From: Curvularia clavata
Taxonomy: Eukaryota
Assembly (NCBI GenBank): GCA_023920165.1
Contig: CP089279.1
Location: 868,001-932,000, forward strand
Length of the DNA stretch: 64,000 bases
Direction of reading: 5' to 3'
Part shown: positions 20,964 through 32,444 of the stretch, in pieces
Layout of the letters: every line of letters starts with the position of its first letter
Position numbering within the stretch: the stretch's first letter is position 1
Program-made: the position numbers and the translations under genes
Notes under the pieces: model-generated
The model's database searches: none
Told to the model about the DNA's origin: nothing
The model's input: only the letters and a program-made list of their open reading frames with translations

Positions 20964-23467
20964 ATGGCTGAAGATTGCATACACCATCAGAACATCAGCG
21001 GGGTTTCCGCTCAGAACTATTCACAAGTCTTCGCAGGCTCAGCGCAGAATGTGTACTTTGCCAATCCTCAGTCCTCACAAGGTACATGTCAATAGCGGTA
21101 TCTCATACTTACTCGACCTAACAAACCTGCTTTTTAGAGCCGTCCGGAAAAGCAGTCATCGAGTGTCGCAATGCTCTCTATCTTACCGACCCTCGCATCG
21201 ATCGCGAAAGTCTGATCACTGCAAAAGGTACCAGAGTACCAGGCACATGCGAATGGATCAAGGATGATGCAACCTACCGCGCTTGGCTTACTTGCGGTGG
21301 CAACAACAACAGCAAGAACCACAGTAACTCACGTATGCTGTGGATCTCGGGTGGCCCTGGAAAGGGTAAAACTATGCTGTCTATTTTCTTAACAGAAGAG
21401 CTGGAAAGACACAAAGTGCATACGGAGAACTCAGAGTTGCTGTTCTTCTTCTGCAGTGCCCAGGATGAGAAACGCAATACAGCTACAGCTGTTTTACGCG
21501 GGCTATTGCACCAGATCACCGCGAAGCGTCCGCAACTAATCAAGCATGCGCTACCTTACTTTGAGCCACCTGAACGAGTACCTCAAACGCTTTCGTCACT
21601 AGAAGCCCTCTGGATTATTTTTAGCGCGATGGTCTCAGACATTGAGTTTGGCACGATGTTCTGTGTGCTTGACGGACTTGACGAGTGTGAGGAGACCACA
21701 CGGAGAGCGCTAGTATCGAGACTGGCAGGCCTGTTGAAGGAACCTGTCCCATCGAACAAGAACTGGCTGAAAATAGCAATCATCAGTCGAGATATTCCTG
21801 GTCTCCACAACTGCCCGAGAATACGGCTGGATCCCGATAACGATGAGAGCGTGGCCAGCGACATTGGGCAGTTCGTGTCTGCACGGGTAAAGGAACTCTC
21901 GCAGATCAAAGGGTTCAATGACGACCCGCAGAAGTCTGTGTATGTGCAGAGAGAGCTCCTCACACGTTCCGAGGGGACATTTCTCTGGGTAGGCTTCGCG
22001 ATGGATGAACTGTTACAGAAGCGCACGTGGACAGAAGTCTTGTGCTCACTACAAGAATTACCGAGTGGTCTACCCGCAATTTACAGCCGTATGTTACTCG
22101 GAATCCCAAACGAGCACAGAGATATGAGCCGATTAATCCTGCGTTGGGTAACACTGGCTGTACGCCCACTAGGGCTGGAAGAGCTAGCTGCTGCGGCTTG
22201 TATCCAGTCTTCCTCCTCGTCCCAAGCTATCAAGAGGCAAGCAACCCTTGATGCGATATCCCACTGCGGTCCATTGATCCAGGTACAAGAGGACACGATT
22301 AGTTTCATCCACCAGTCGGCACGAGACTATCTACTGCGAGAAAAGCAAGACGACAGCGAGATCTTAGAAGACTTCCGCATTGAGCCAAAGAAGGCGCACC
22401 TGGAGCTATTGCAAACATGTATCAAGTGTATAAATCAGAGCAGTTTGCAGCGCTCAGCCGATGTCCTGGACTATCCATCGCCTCTCGTGGGCTTTAACTT
22501 CGTACTCACTTCAGTCGATCGTGGTGGGAAGAATATGAAAGCGCCTTCACAGGAGTCTTCGCTATTGGCATATGCAGTATTGCATTGGCCCGAACATGCA
22601 AAGGGCTGTTCAACCCAGGACGTTGCATTGTCTGACATCCTCAAGCCATTTTTCCATGAGAATTCTATAGTCCTAAGGAATTGGTGGATCGCGTACAATC
22701 ACATGAAGCGTACCTTTTGGCCTCCAGATCTACCACTGGTGCACATGCAATGCTACTTGGGGCTGGTGCCATTAGTAGAGGAGGTGGTCGCGTCAGAGAA
22801 GTGGAAGCCGCGATTCTTGAAGCGCATAAATAAAAAAGATGCGTATGGAGACACAGCACTACATCTCGCTGTCAAAGGGGGGAACCGAGACTTGGTACCG
22901 ATATTGATTAATGGCGGAGCCAGAGTGAACGCGAGAGGCTACAAGAATGAAACGCCGCTAAACTTTGCTGCGGAAGCAGGGGATGTAGAAGCGTTGCAAC
23001 TGCTACTTAACAACGGAGCGGACATGAACGTAAAGAAGTACTTCACAATGCTAAGTAGGGCAGCTATCAGAGGCAATGAGGCAATAGTCCGGGTGTTACT
23101 CGATAATGGAGCAGACGTTAACGCAGAAGATAAGGACAATGGGACTGCACTGCTCCACGCAGCGAGAGGAGGGCATGTAGAGGTAGTGCGGTTATTACTC
23201 GATAAGGGGGCAGACGTGAACGCCAAGAACAAAAATCAGCGGACGGCCTTGCACTGTGCAGTTTTGTATTCCTGGATTGATTCGAGAAAGCGGATGGCAG
23301 CGGCGCAGCTACTGATTTCCAGGGGGGTGGACATGAATGCGAGGGATTCCGAGGGTAGGACGGCGTTACAGATAGCAACAGAGCAGGGGTATGAGGAGAT
23401 GGTGCAACTGCTAAAGGAAAATGTACATAAATTGGAAGGGGGATGCATGGATGGAGACAGTAGTTGA
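20964..23467 (+). CDS. Fungal NLR (815 aa): N-terminal amyloid-type motif, NACHT NTPase, six ankyrin repeats; exons 20964-21081, 21138-23467
   Basis: The intron GTACAT(21082)...CCTAAC...TTTTTAG(21137) joins exon 1 to CRNALYLTDPRIDRESLITAKGTRVPGTCEWI, a typical NACHT lead-in. Walker A is GGPGKGKT and Walker B is FCVLDGLDEC; SEGTFLWV and FIHQSARDYL follow, then C-terminal ANK repeats (GDTALHLAV...GRTALQIA). An in-frame ATG at 20880 could extend the N-terminus. Confidence 0.92.
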
Positions 23468-24373
23468 GGTGGAAGAACAGTTTCTCGAAAGACTTGGTCT
23501 TTCTCAAGCCGAATAAATGAGATGTTTCGACTTGCAAAAATCACGTATCTAACCCTACTAGCTGCCAGTGAAAGCTATCATGGATTACTGGATTATACTG
23601 CCTGTATCTAAGCGGGTCGCTACTGGAATGATCTCCCATCTACCTGAAACAAAAAGCGAGTTTCTTGAAGGAGCCTTCCTGTGGATCAGCTCAACTCAAC
23701 GAACCGATTTATTAATACATAGCAAATATGCAAGAATAAACACAAAGCAGACTGAGATCGTGATTAGACTTCTCCTAATTTGGTGCAGCAAATACTGGTA
23801 CAACTCAGATACACATCAACAACACAATATTGTATGTAATAGGGAAAGAAACAATGCTCAACGCGCTATCTAGGTTCCGAAGCATGGCATCCATTCATTC
23901 CGACTCGGAACGCTCTACCCCTCACCCGCGATCGCCGTGAGCCTATCTGCCGCCATAGCCCCTCAGTTATGACGCTTCTAGGTGCCAACTTGAGCGAAAA
24001 GATCCAAGAATGAGGGGGCCCATTTCGCACCAACGGCATGGTGTACGTAGTCCCCCTCGTCGTTGCCAATACATGATCACACACCGACATCTTTGCTTCG
24101 CTGAACATAGATCTTTTTTGGAAGGTATAGCCCATTCTATGTACATGAGAGGCCACTGTCTACCTGCCAAAACAGATTCAGGGTGAACAAGTATATGAAC
24201 AAGGCAGTCTCCTCCATTGCAGAGGTAATCGTCATTCCTACATTCAACATTCGCTTTTGACAATCTTCATACCTAGACCCTAAGTAACCCACATACTTCC
24301 ATCAAAATAATCCTACACCCGAATACCAAACACAATTTCGGCGAGCCCGGGAATCCGAACCAACATCCTGAAC

Positions 24374-25683
24374 ATGTCAAACAATACGATGAAAGCAGTA
24401 CACTATGAGGGCCCGTTCAAAGTCTCCGTCAAGGACGTCGAGGTGCCGAAGATCCAGCATCCAGATGACGTTATCGTCAAGGTCACAACTGCCGCTATAT
24501 GCGGTTCTGACTTGCACATGTACCAGGGCCGTACCGCAGCGGAAGCAGGCCTTGTTTTTGGGCATGAGAACATGGGTATCGTCATTGAGACCGGATCCGG
24601 CGTAACACTCTTGGAGAAGGGTGACCGAATTGTACTACCATTTGTGAGTAATCAGGGAGTTGGTTGCAGGTGGATAGCTGATGTCGAGCTTCCTAGAATG
24701 TTGCAGATGGTAGATGTCGCAACTGTGAAGAAGGCAAGACAGCATTCTGTACCGGGTAAGTCTAGACTCAGCCCAGAGGTAATTTGTTGTTGACTAAGAG
24801 CTACAGCGTCAATCCGGGTTTTGCCGGCGGCGCATACGGATACGTTGCCATGGGCCCGTATCAGGGAGGCCAAGCGCAATACCTTCGGGTGCCCTTCGCT
24901 GATTTCAATGCACTGAAACTGCCAAAAGGTACTGAGCACGAGGCCGACTTCATTCTACTTGCAGATATCTTCCCGACAGGATGGCATGGCCTAGTACTCT
25001 CTGGTTTCCAATCTGGCGAGAGCGTAGCAGTGTTTGGCGCGGGCCCCGTTGGTCTCATGGCAGCATACAGCGGTGTACTACGCGGTGCGAGCAAGGTGTT
25101 CGTCGTGGATACAGTCCCAGAACGTTTACAGGCGGCGGAGAAAATCGGTTGCGTACCCATCGACTTCAAGAAGAGTGACCCTGTTGAGCAGATCATCAAG
25201 CTCAACGGAGGTATGGTCGATCGCGCGGTTGATGCCGTTGGATACCAGGCAGTGGACGCGTCGGGTAGCAAAGAGAAGCCCAACATCGTCCTCGACCAGC
25301 TCATAATGGTCACCCGACCAACGGGCGGGCTCGGTATTCCAGGACTTTATGTGCCAGCAGACCCAGGAGCGCCAGATGAACAGAGCAAGAAGGGCCAGAT
25401 TCTGATCTCATTCGGAAAGCTTTTTGAAAAGGTACGTGAACACGCCAAAGACGTTTCCCAACACTCATCGTCGTAGGGCCTCCACCTCGGAACCGGACAA
25501 TGTAACGTCAAAGCCTACAACAGGTATCTTCGCGACATGATCGTATCGGGCAGAGCGAAGCCGAGTTTCGTTGTATCGCACGAGATAAATATCGAAGATG
25601 CACCAACGGCGTACGAGAAATTTGACAAGAGGATCGAGGGGTATACGAAGGTGTTGATTCACCCGAATGGCGCCTTGAACTAG
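24374..25683 (+). CDS. Zinc-dependent MDR dehydrogenase, glutathione-independent formaldehyde dehydrogenase (FdhA)-like; exons 24374-24643, 24697-24755, 24807-25431, 25477-25683
   Basis: Motifs ICGSDLHMY, FGHENMG, GRCRNC...FC, LADIFPTGW, Rossmann GAGPVG and DAVGY. Three GT-AG introns restore one frame to the TAG at 25681-25683. Confidence 0.92.
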
Positions 25684-25803
25684 CTAAACGTATGAGTGTC
25701 TATTCTGCAATATCTTGGTTCCAAACTCACACCAGAGCATTATTCATGTCGTAAGCACGTGGACTTGCAAGTAATTGAAACTGACCCCTCTTCTCGTCGC
25801 GCA

Positions 25804-26351
25804 CTAGTAGCGTTGTAGTGCTTGAGAATTGTCATCTGGGAGGTATGCCCTCACAATCTTTACTTCCTCAACTGGCCGATCCTCCTTGTCTGTCTTCACC
25901 AAGCCAAGCTTCTTTACAACCTGCATGCCACTTTTGACTCTCCCAAATATGGTATGCTTTCCATCTAGCCACGGGGTAGGTGCGAGGGTGATAAAAAACT
26001 GAGAGCCGTTTGTATTGGGACCCGAGTTGGCCATGCTGAGAATACCAGCACCAGTATGTTTGAGTTGCGGCGATATCTCGTCTTCGAACTTTTCGCCGTA
26101 TATAGATTCACCGCCTCTGCCAGTACCGGTAGGGTCGCCTCCTTGAATCATGAAGTTTGGTATTATCCGATGGAAAATGAGGCCATTGAAGTAGCCGCGC
26201 TGAGCAAGGGTCGAGAAGTTCTTGCATGTCTTGGGTGCATGGTCGTTGTAGAGCTCGACAACAATAGTGCCCTGAAAAGGTTAGAACGGTTCCAAAGTGC
26301 TGGTATGTGTAGCCATACGATTGTGGTGTCGAGTGCGACGTCGGTAGCCAT
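25804..26351 (-). CDS. cyp1: Cyclophilin-type peptidyl-prolyl isomerase, PPIL1-like (166 aa); exons 26351-26319, 26271-25804
   Basis: Reads [30 protein letters not shown]...[27 protein letters not shown]...[18 protein letters not shown]; intron GTATGG...TCTAAC...CAG. Confidence 0.93.
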
Positions 26352-26539
26352 GGTGGATGTGCGGAGAAGCGACTGAGGACTATGATGGCAGTTTCCCCGG
26401 TATCTGGAAATTCAATGTCAGATCCGCGCACGGTCCACGTACCCAGCCACAGTAGCCACAGTAGCTAGTGTGTAGTGATGAATCACGGCAAGCGACCCAT
26501 TCTGTCAGCAACCACCCCCAAGATTTGCCAGCAGCAATT

Positions 26540-28120
26540 ATGGATCTCTCATCCTGGGCATTACCACAACTCTCGAAGCTTCTCCCACTGGATGAAGAGT
26601 CGCTGAAGCAGGTGATATCATATACGGACTCGCTATCCCAGAAGGAAGCGGCAGACCATCTCCAGAATCTACTCGGAGATAGTCCGCAAGCCCTCGAATT
26701 CATCACCTCGTTCAACAACCGGAGAAGGCCCAAGGGCTCTGCAGCGTCAAATCAGAGCCAACCATTGAATGACATTCCAGAAGTTCCTAAGCCAAAGCAC
26801 AAAAAGAAGAAGCAGACCGGGCTGAACAAACTTCCGCCACCACGACAACCTGACAATTATGGAAATGTTTCCGGTGGGTACATGAAGAGAGATGAAGAAG
26901 ACTACATGGCTGGGAGTTCCAAATCAAAAGCTGCAAAATTCGGGCTATCGGAGCAACCAGATGCCCTACAGCTGCCAACATCAACTGCGTCATCAGGCGC
27001 GGCGACACCAAAATCACGTGGTGTCTCGCCTGCCCCTCCAGTTGCGAAGCTTCCCGGTACGGTGATTGGAGAGACCAAGCCAAAACCTAAACCCAAGGCC
27101 AAAGTCAACGTTGTTGGTGGAACGCCCATGCATGGTGCCTCTACAGCATTGAACGACCTGGAATCTGCGATCAGAGCGCTAGAAATCCAGACGAATCCTA
27201 CGTTAGCCCCTCAAGACAACAGCAAACGGAAATGCAATTGCATGGCTACCAGGCATCCGCTCCTTGAAGCAGCACCAAACTGCCTCAATTGTGGTAAGAT
27301 CATCTGTGTAAAGGAAGGCATCGGGCCATGTACTTTCTGCAATTCTGCACTCTTGAGCGCCCAAGACATCCAATCCATGGTCCGCATTCTCCGTGAAGAA
27401 CGCGGAAAGGAGAAGATGGCTGTGAACAATGCCGGTCAGAAGCGGGCCGAAGTATCACTAGCACCTCGCCCTTTTTCCACTCCTCGCGGCACTACACCGG
27501 TATCCTCGAATCCTGCCTCAGATGTAGAGTCAGAGAATGAGAAACTCATCAAGGCGAAGCAGCACAGAGACAAGCTGCTTGCTTTCCAAGCACAGAATGC
27601 GAAGCGAACTCAAGTTCACGATGAGGCTGCAGACTTTGAAACCACAAGCGCTGGACTGAGCATGTGGGCGAGTCCTCAAGAACGCGCAATGCAGCTCAAG
27701 CGCCAGCAAAAGGTTCTACGAGAGCAAGAATGGAATGCGCGACCTGAATATGAGAAGCGCAAGGTGGTTGCTAGCATCGACCTCTCTGGTAAGAAACTCG
27801 TTCGGCGTATGGCTGCTGCGGAACGGCCTGCTACACCAGAGAGCGAGGACGAACCTCCTGAGCCCGAGCAGAGCTCAGCAGGCGGAAACACGTTGTCAAG
27901 CGGCAGTGGCGCCTTCAGCAGGAATCCGCTGTTGGGTAGCTTGATTCGGCCGACCATAAAGATCGAAGAGAGCAAAGGCAAAGAAAAGAGCAGCGAGAAA
28001 AAGCAGACATGGCGACGAGTACAAGACGACAACGATGACAACGAGCAATGGATCTTAGATGGCGGCGTCTATGGATCAAGAGCAGACAACGTGAGCTTAG
28101 AGATGGATGGACTCAGATAA
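26540..28120 (+). CDS. C2HC5 zinc-finger protein, ASC-1/TRIP4 (yeast Rqt4)-like ribosome quality-control factor
   Basis: Carries the zf-C2HC5 signature CNCMATRHPLLEAAPNCLNCGKIICVKEGIGPCTFC and an N-terminal PWI-like helical region (HLQNLLGDSPQALEFITSF). First ATG is at 26540. Confidence 0.88.
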   Translation: MDLSSWALPQLSKLLPLDEESLKQVISYTDSLSQKEAADHLQNLLGDSPQALEFITSFNNRRRPKGSAASNQSQPLNDIPEVPKPKHKKKKQTGLNKLPPPRQPDNYGNVSGGYMKRDEEDYMAGSSKSKAAKFGLSEQPDALQLPTSTASSGAATPKSRGVSPAPPVAKLPGTVIGETKPKPKPKAKVNVVGGTPMHGASTALNDLESAIRALEIQTNPTLAPQDNSKRKCNCMATRHPLLEAAPNCLNCGKIICVKEGIGPCTFCNSALLSAQDIQSMVRILREERGKEKMAVNNAGQKRAEVSLAPRPFSTPRGTTPVSSNPASDVESENEKLIKAKQHRDKLLAFQAQNAKRTQVHDEAADFETTSAGLSMWASPQERAMQLKRQQKVLREQEWNARPEYEKRKVVASIDLSGKKLVRRMAAAERPATPESEDEPPEPEQSSAGGNTLSSGSGAFSRNPLLGSLIRPTIKIEESKGKEKSSEKKQTWRRVQDDNDDNEQWILDGGVYGSRADNVSLEMDGLR

Positions 28121-28201
28121 ATTTCCGTAATATTCATCTAATAAAGATTAAACATTATCTACATGTTTACTTCACTCCTCTAACTTTCTGTCTTGCCTTG
28201 T

Positions 28202-29673
28202 TTAAGCAAACACGCTAGCAGAGCAAGCCTGCACAAAGTAGCCATCGTGCTGCGTAACCACGGCACCATTGGGCATCTGGATCTGCAGCCTGCTCTGTCC
28301 CACGCCACCTCCATTCGCCCACAAGTACGTCACGGGAACCGCATCTCCAGCATTCATCTGGACCTGGTATCGGCCACTGACATATGGAGCGCCGGTCCTG
28401 CTCGACTTGAACGCCGTGTTGCTGTCATCCCAGGCGGAGTAGGCAGCATCACCAACCCACATGTACGCCCAGTTGTCGACTGTATCCTGCGACGAGATGA
28501 AGGTGTGAACGCCGGTCTGCTTGGCAATGTAGAAACCGTGCATCACAAGCGCAGACTGGTCGGATGTGAAGGAGGTGGGGCGATCCTGGAGCTTCAGCTG
28601 GGTGTTACCGTTAGGCCAGTTGGGGGTCGCGAAGGAGAGCGAGGTGAGCACGCCGGTGAACTCTGCGGGTTGGGTCTTGAAGAAGGATGAAAGGAATCCA
28701 GTGTTGACAAGGTTGGCGTTGAATCCGTGCGTGTGCTTGCTGTATGTCACGCCGTTGGAGGCGATGGTGGTTTCGGTTGCGTACGCAGTGACGGTCGAGG
28801 TGACGGTCTCCGTGCTGGTAACGGATGTGGTGGTGGTGGTCGAGTCGGTAACAATGGTGGTGCTGTTTGCGGTTTTGTTAGATTCTTCGCCTGGAACGCG
28901 GTTGGTAATGTTAAGGATAGCTTACGCGGTATCAGTGGGCGTAATCACTTGGGTAGAGTAGGCAGTGATGGTTCCAGTCGGCAGTATCATTGTCACTGTG
29001 GTGGTGACCTTTGGTGTTGGAAGGACAAGGCAAGAGCAAGCCTTGGAGATCTTTGGGGCTGTCCATGACGAAGGCATGCACTTGGGCTTCTCGACCTTCG
29101 CAGTGCGTTTTTTGATTTCCTCCTTGTTCTGGGCGGGGACGACGCCGGTGGGTGCGACATAGGTGTACGCACTGTTCAAGCAGGACAGGGTCGATGTAGA
29201 GGATGTCACTGTTGTCGTTGTGTACTCAGTCTAAAGAAGGTCAGCACATGGTTGACTAAATTGGCAGTCAATCTCCGAACATACGTGAGTCTCAACTGGG
29301 GTGGCAGTTTCCTGGATAACGGTAATCGTAGTTTCCGGTACAGTGACCGTGACGGCATCGGTGGTGATGGTGACGGGAATAGTGCTGTAAGCGCTCGAAG
29401 GCGTTACTGTCGCAGTTTTCGTGCTGCTGTAGTCAGTTTTCAGACTCCAAAAGAGGGCATGTTCGAGTCGTGTTCTACTCACATGGTCGAGGTCGGAATG
29501 GACAAGAAGCTCACGCAGTACGGAGTTGCTGCTGCATTCTTCTGGAGAGATCGAAGGACTACATCGTTCGCTTTGCAGAAAGCAGCGTCCACAGCTTTGT
29601 AATTAAGCAGTGGTGAAGCGTTGGCTACCAAAGGCAGCAAAAGGAGTGACACTGAACTAGTAAGGGAATGCAT
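28202..29673 (-). CDS. Secreted Thr-rich protein with a C-terminal GLEYA/PA14-type adhesin domain (about 432 aa); exons 29673-29483, 29426-29285, 29230-28926, 28862-28202
   Basis: Signal peptide MHSLTSSVSLLLLPLVANA, then ATPYCVSFL and ISKACSCL modules and Thr-rich stalks. The C-terminal domain reads MHGFYIAKQTGVHTF...VDNWAYMWVGDAAYSAW...VPVTYLWANGGG. Three GT-AG introns keep the frame. Confidence 0.8.
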
Positions 29674-30834
29674 GTTGAAGCAGCAGAGGTAACCGTGGAT
29701 ATGGAAATGAATGACTGGGTTTGGCCTAATCCTTCACAAGAACCGGGACGCTGTCCAGCATCTTATACTCAGGATAAAATTGCGACTTCAGACATCGAGC
29801 AAGCCTCAAAGTATGGATACACGTCTCGATTTCTTAGCAACCGGTGGTGTCCTGTTCCGCTAACCCAGTCTGCCTCACTAATAGCGCCATTCACACGGAG
29901 ACGCCGTAAGTACATACCAACGCCTAATGAAAATTACATGAACGACTCGACATACTTTTCTCCCCTATACTCTGCGCTGACTCTTGCCGATGGTGCGAGG
30001 CTGCGTGGCTGAAAATCGGCCCCGCGTCTAGATGCAAATGGGGCGGGAAGACCCGTTATGGTTCCTCGGGTAACTCGATTTGGGCAATCTAGTGGCGTCT
30101 AGCCTGCTTTCGCCGCACTCTTTCAGCCGCAAATCAAAGACCACATGCGCACCTTTCTAAATGTGCCGTGGAGACGACCTTGCTAAGGGAGGTAGTTAGG
30201 TACAATGCAGGCTGGCGGAAGCTAAGCCCCTGGTGATGACTTTAGCAGAGGTGTTTTTGGAAGTAACGCTCGCCTCGCCTGTCCCGATTCAGTGAATCAC
30301 AACGAGAGTTCTAGAACATGCAATACTCCAGCACTGGTCTTTTGATGCTACTTTCGTCTTTGCTCTCAGAATTCTCCTATTCAACACCAAAATTGGCCTG
30401 TTCTTACTGTTCTACCGGGTGACGCCAGTCGGCATCTCCGTCAGCGCTAGCACCAGAAGCCACCTGAGACCTCTATTTGACCGAAAACGCAGGGGAAATT
30501 TGCGAGTCATGGGACTTCCGAACCATCCTTTGCCAAGGTAGCTTGGGTGTGGTGTAGTTAGTGTACTCTTGGTATGATATAAAGATATACACTTGTCTTT
30601 CAATCGCCAAGGGCACGTGTTGACAGTGTTGGGCGAGTACAAGACGGGAGGCTGACCTGACTGGATGCATCGCTCAATTACTTGCAGAAAACATGCCGCA
30701 ATAGTTTAAAAAGGTCTCTTGTAGAACATTGGCTACAAGGCTATCTATTCCCTTATGCTCGAGCATCCTCTTGATGTTTGTTGTGCTTAAAGGCCTATCA
30801 TGACACGCCGTGTGGCGTGCCCTTTATCCGTTCA

Positions 30835-31500
30835 TCATGCGACCAACTTCCAGTGCCATTTCATACCCAGACGCTGGAAAAAGGAGAATAGGGATCTTTT
30901 GGGTACGTACCCAGCGTACCTAGCTTGCCACCATGCCGCGAAGGTCCCTTTATCATGGGGTTAGCTAACCTTTTCTTCACGCAATATTCTCTCTATCGCT
31001 CTTCGCTTGATTGATTTTTACTCCTGATTTCACGTACCTTCAACGGGACCCAAGTCCGCGAAGCCAAGAACTTCAAGAATCCACGGCGCAACGATGGCAA
31101 GTACACCCAGTGCAATGACGGTGCACATGACGGGGTGCTCGACGACGAAACCCTCAATACCTTGTGCAACTTCCCAGGCTCGATGGTAGGCATCGTTTAT
31201 GCGAGGACCGAGCTTCTCATGCGCTCCCTGGAGTGCCTGAGCAAGCTTATCCAAGATATACTGTGCGAGAGTCTCTCGCCAGCCGTAAGCCCCCACGATC
31301 GAGTCGAGCTTCATGCGTAACACAGGACCAGCGTATGAAGTATTCAGTATACTCTTGACTACATCATTTCCAATCTCTGCTTCCGGACGCGCATCAGGCT
31401 CGACGAGTAGGGAAGTCTTTTCGGAGGGATGTGAGGTGTGGATTTCTTCAGTGGCACAGGTAATGCATGCGAGAATAGCTTGAAGACGTGCGATGGCCAT
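30835..31500 (-). CDS. Small membrane protein (191 aa) with a C-terminal IFI27/ISG12 (Ifi-6-16)-like segment; exons 31500-31038, 30947-30835
   Basis: The intron GTACGT...GCTAAC...AAG joins ...VIALGVLAIVAPWILEVLGFADLGPVE|GTFAAWWQARYAGYVPKRSLFSFFQRLGMKWHWKLVA*. Confidence 0.75.
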
Positions 31501-32444
31501 TTTGTTTGAATGCTATGATACTGAAGGTGGTATGCAAAGCGATTGTTGTTGTATTATGTAGTCGGCGCAGGATGGGATGTGGGCGCTTAGAGCATATACC
31601 ACGCCGCAAACGGTGGCTTAGTGAAAGTGATATCGTGCAGCCTGGGCCAATCAGTATTTAATTGCTATGGTAACGCAAGGCTGAAACCATACAAGCTGGC
31701 TTTATGCTGCGAGGCTAATCATAAGGCATATCTCCAGTCTGTAGAATGTACATGCATCTAGAAGTCAAGGTATTGAACCTGCCGCTGACAAGGCTGACGA
31801 TATCCTCATTTACCAACTTACTAAATGCTCTATCTAAAAGTCATCAATAGGAAAGGGTTATCCATAAATCTAGAAAGCAAACTTCAGCCTTGATTTTCTC
31901 GTTGATGGACACATTTATACAACGTCTTATGTTGACAAACGAAGATTTGGGCCATTGCATCTTTGTCTTGGATTGTTGCCGAAACGGAGGGTGAGCTGTA
32001 CTTTTCCTGGCTCTATCATCTCTCATAGTGAAGATAACTCAACCAAGACGCAAGATGTTTGAGACTTTGCATCTGTGAGCGTGACAGCGCAGACCTTATA
32101 TTTTCTGCATCATGGTGACAACAAGTGACAAGAACCGCAACGAATCAACTCATCACTCATACAACACATTGTGCCTCCTCCCATTTCTGAGAATTTTAAT
32201 TCCTTTGCTTAGAGGCAATATGAGGGTAAGACATTGTTCGCAAAACCAACAATGAGACCATCTAAGCAGCTGTCTCACTACATGAGACCGCCAAAGCAAA
32301 CATGCCTTTTAGTCTCACTTACCATCGGCTGCTATCTAATTTAACTTATCATAGACTGTTAGCTTCACATATCACTCGTATGCGCATTTGAAACAGTAAC
32401 AACTGGGACTCATTCTTCTACCGATACCACTGCAACTTTACAAA

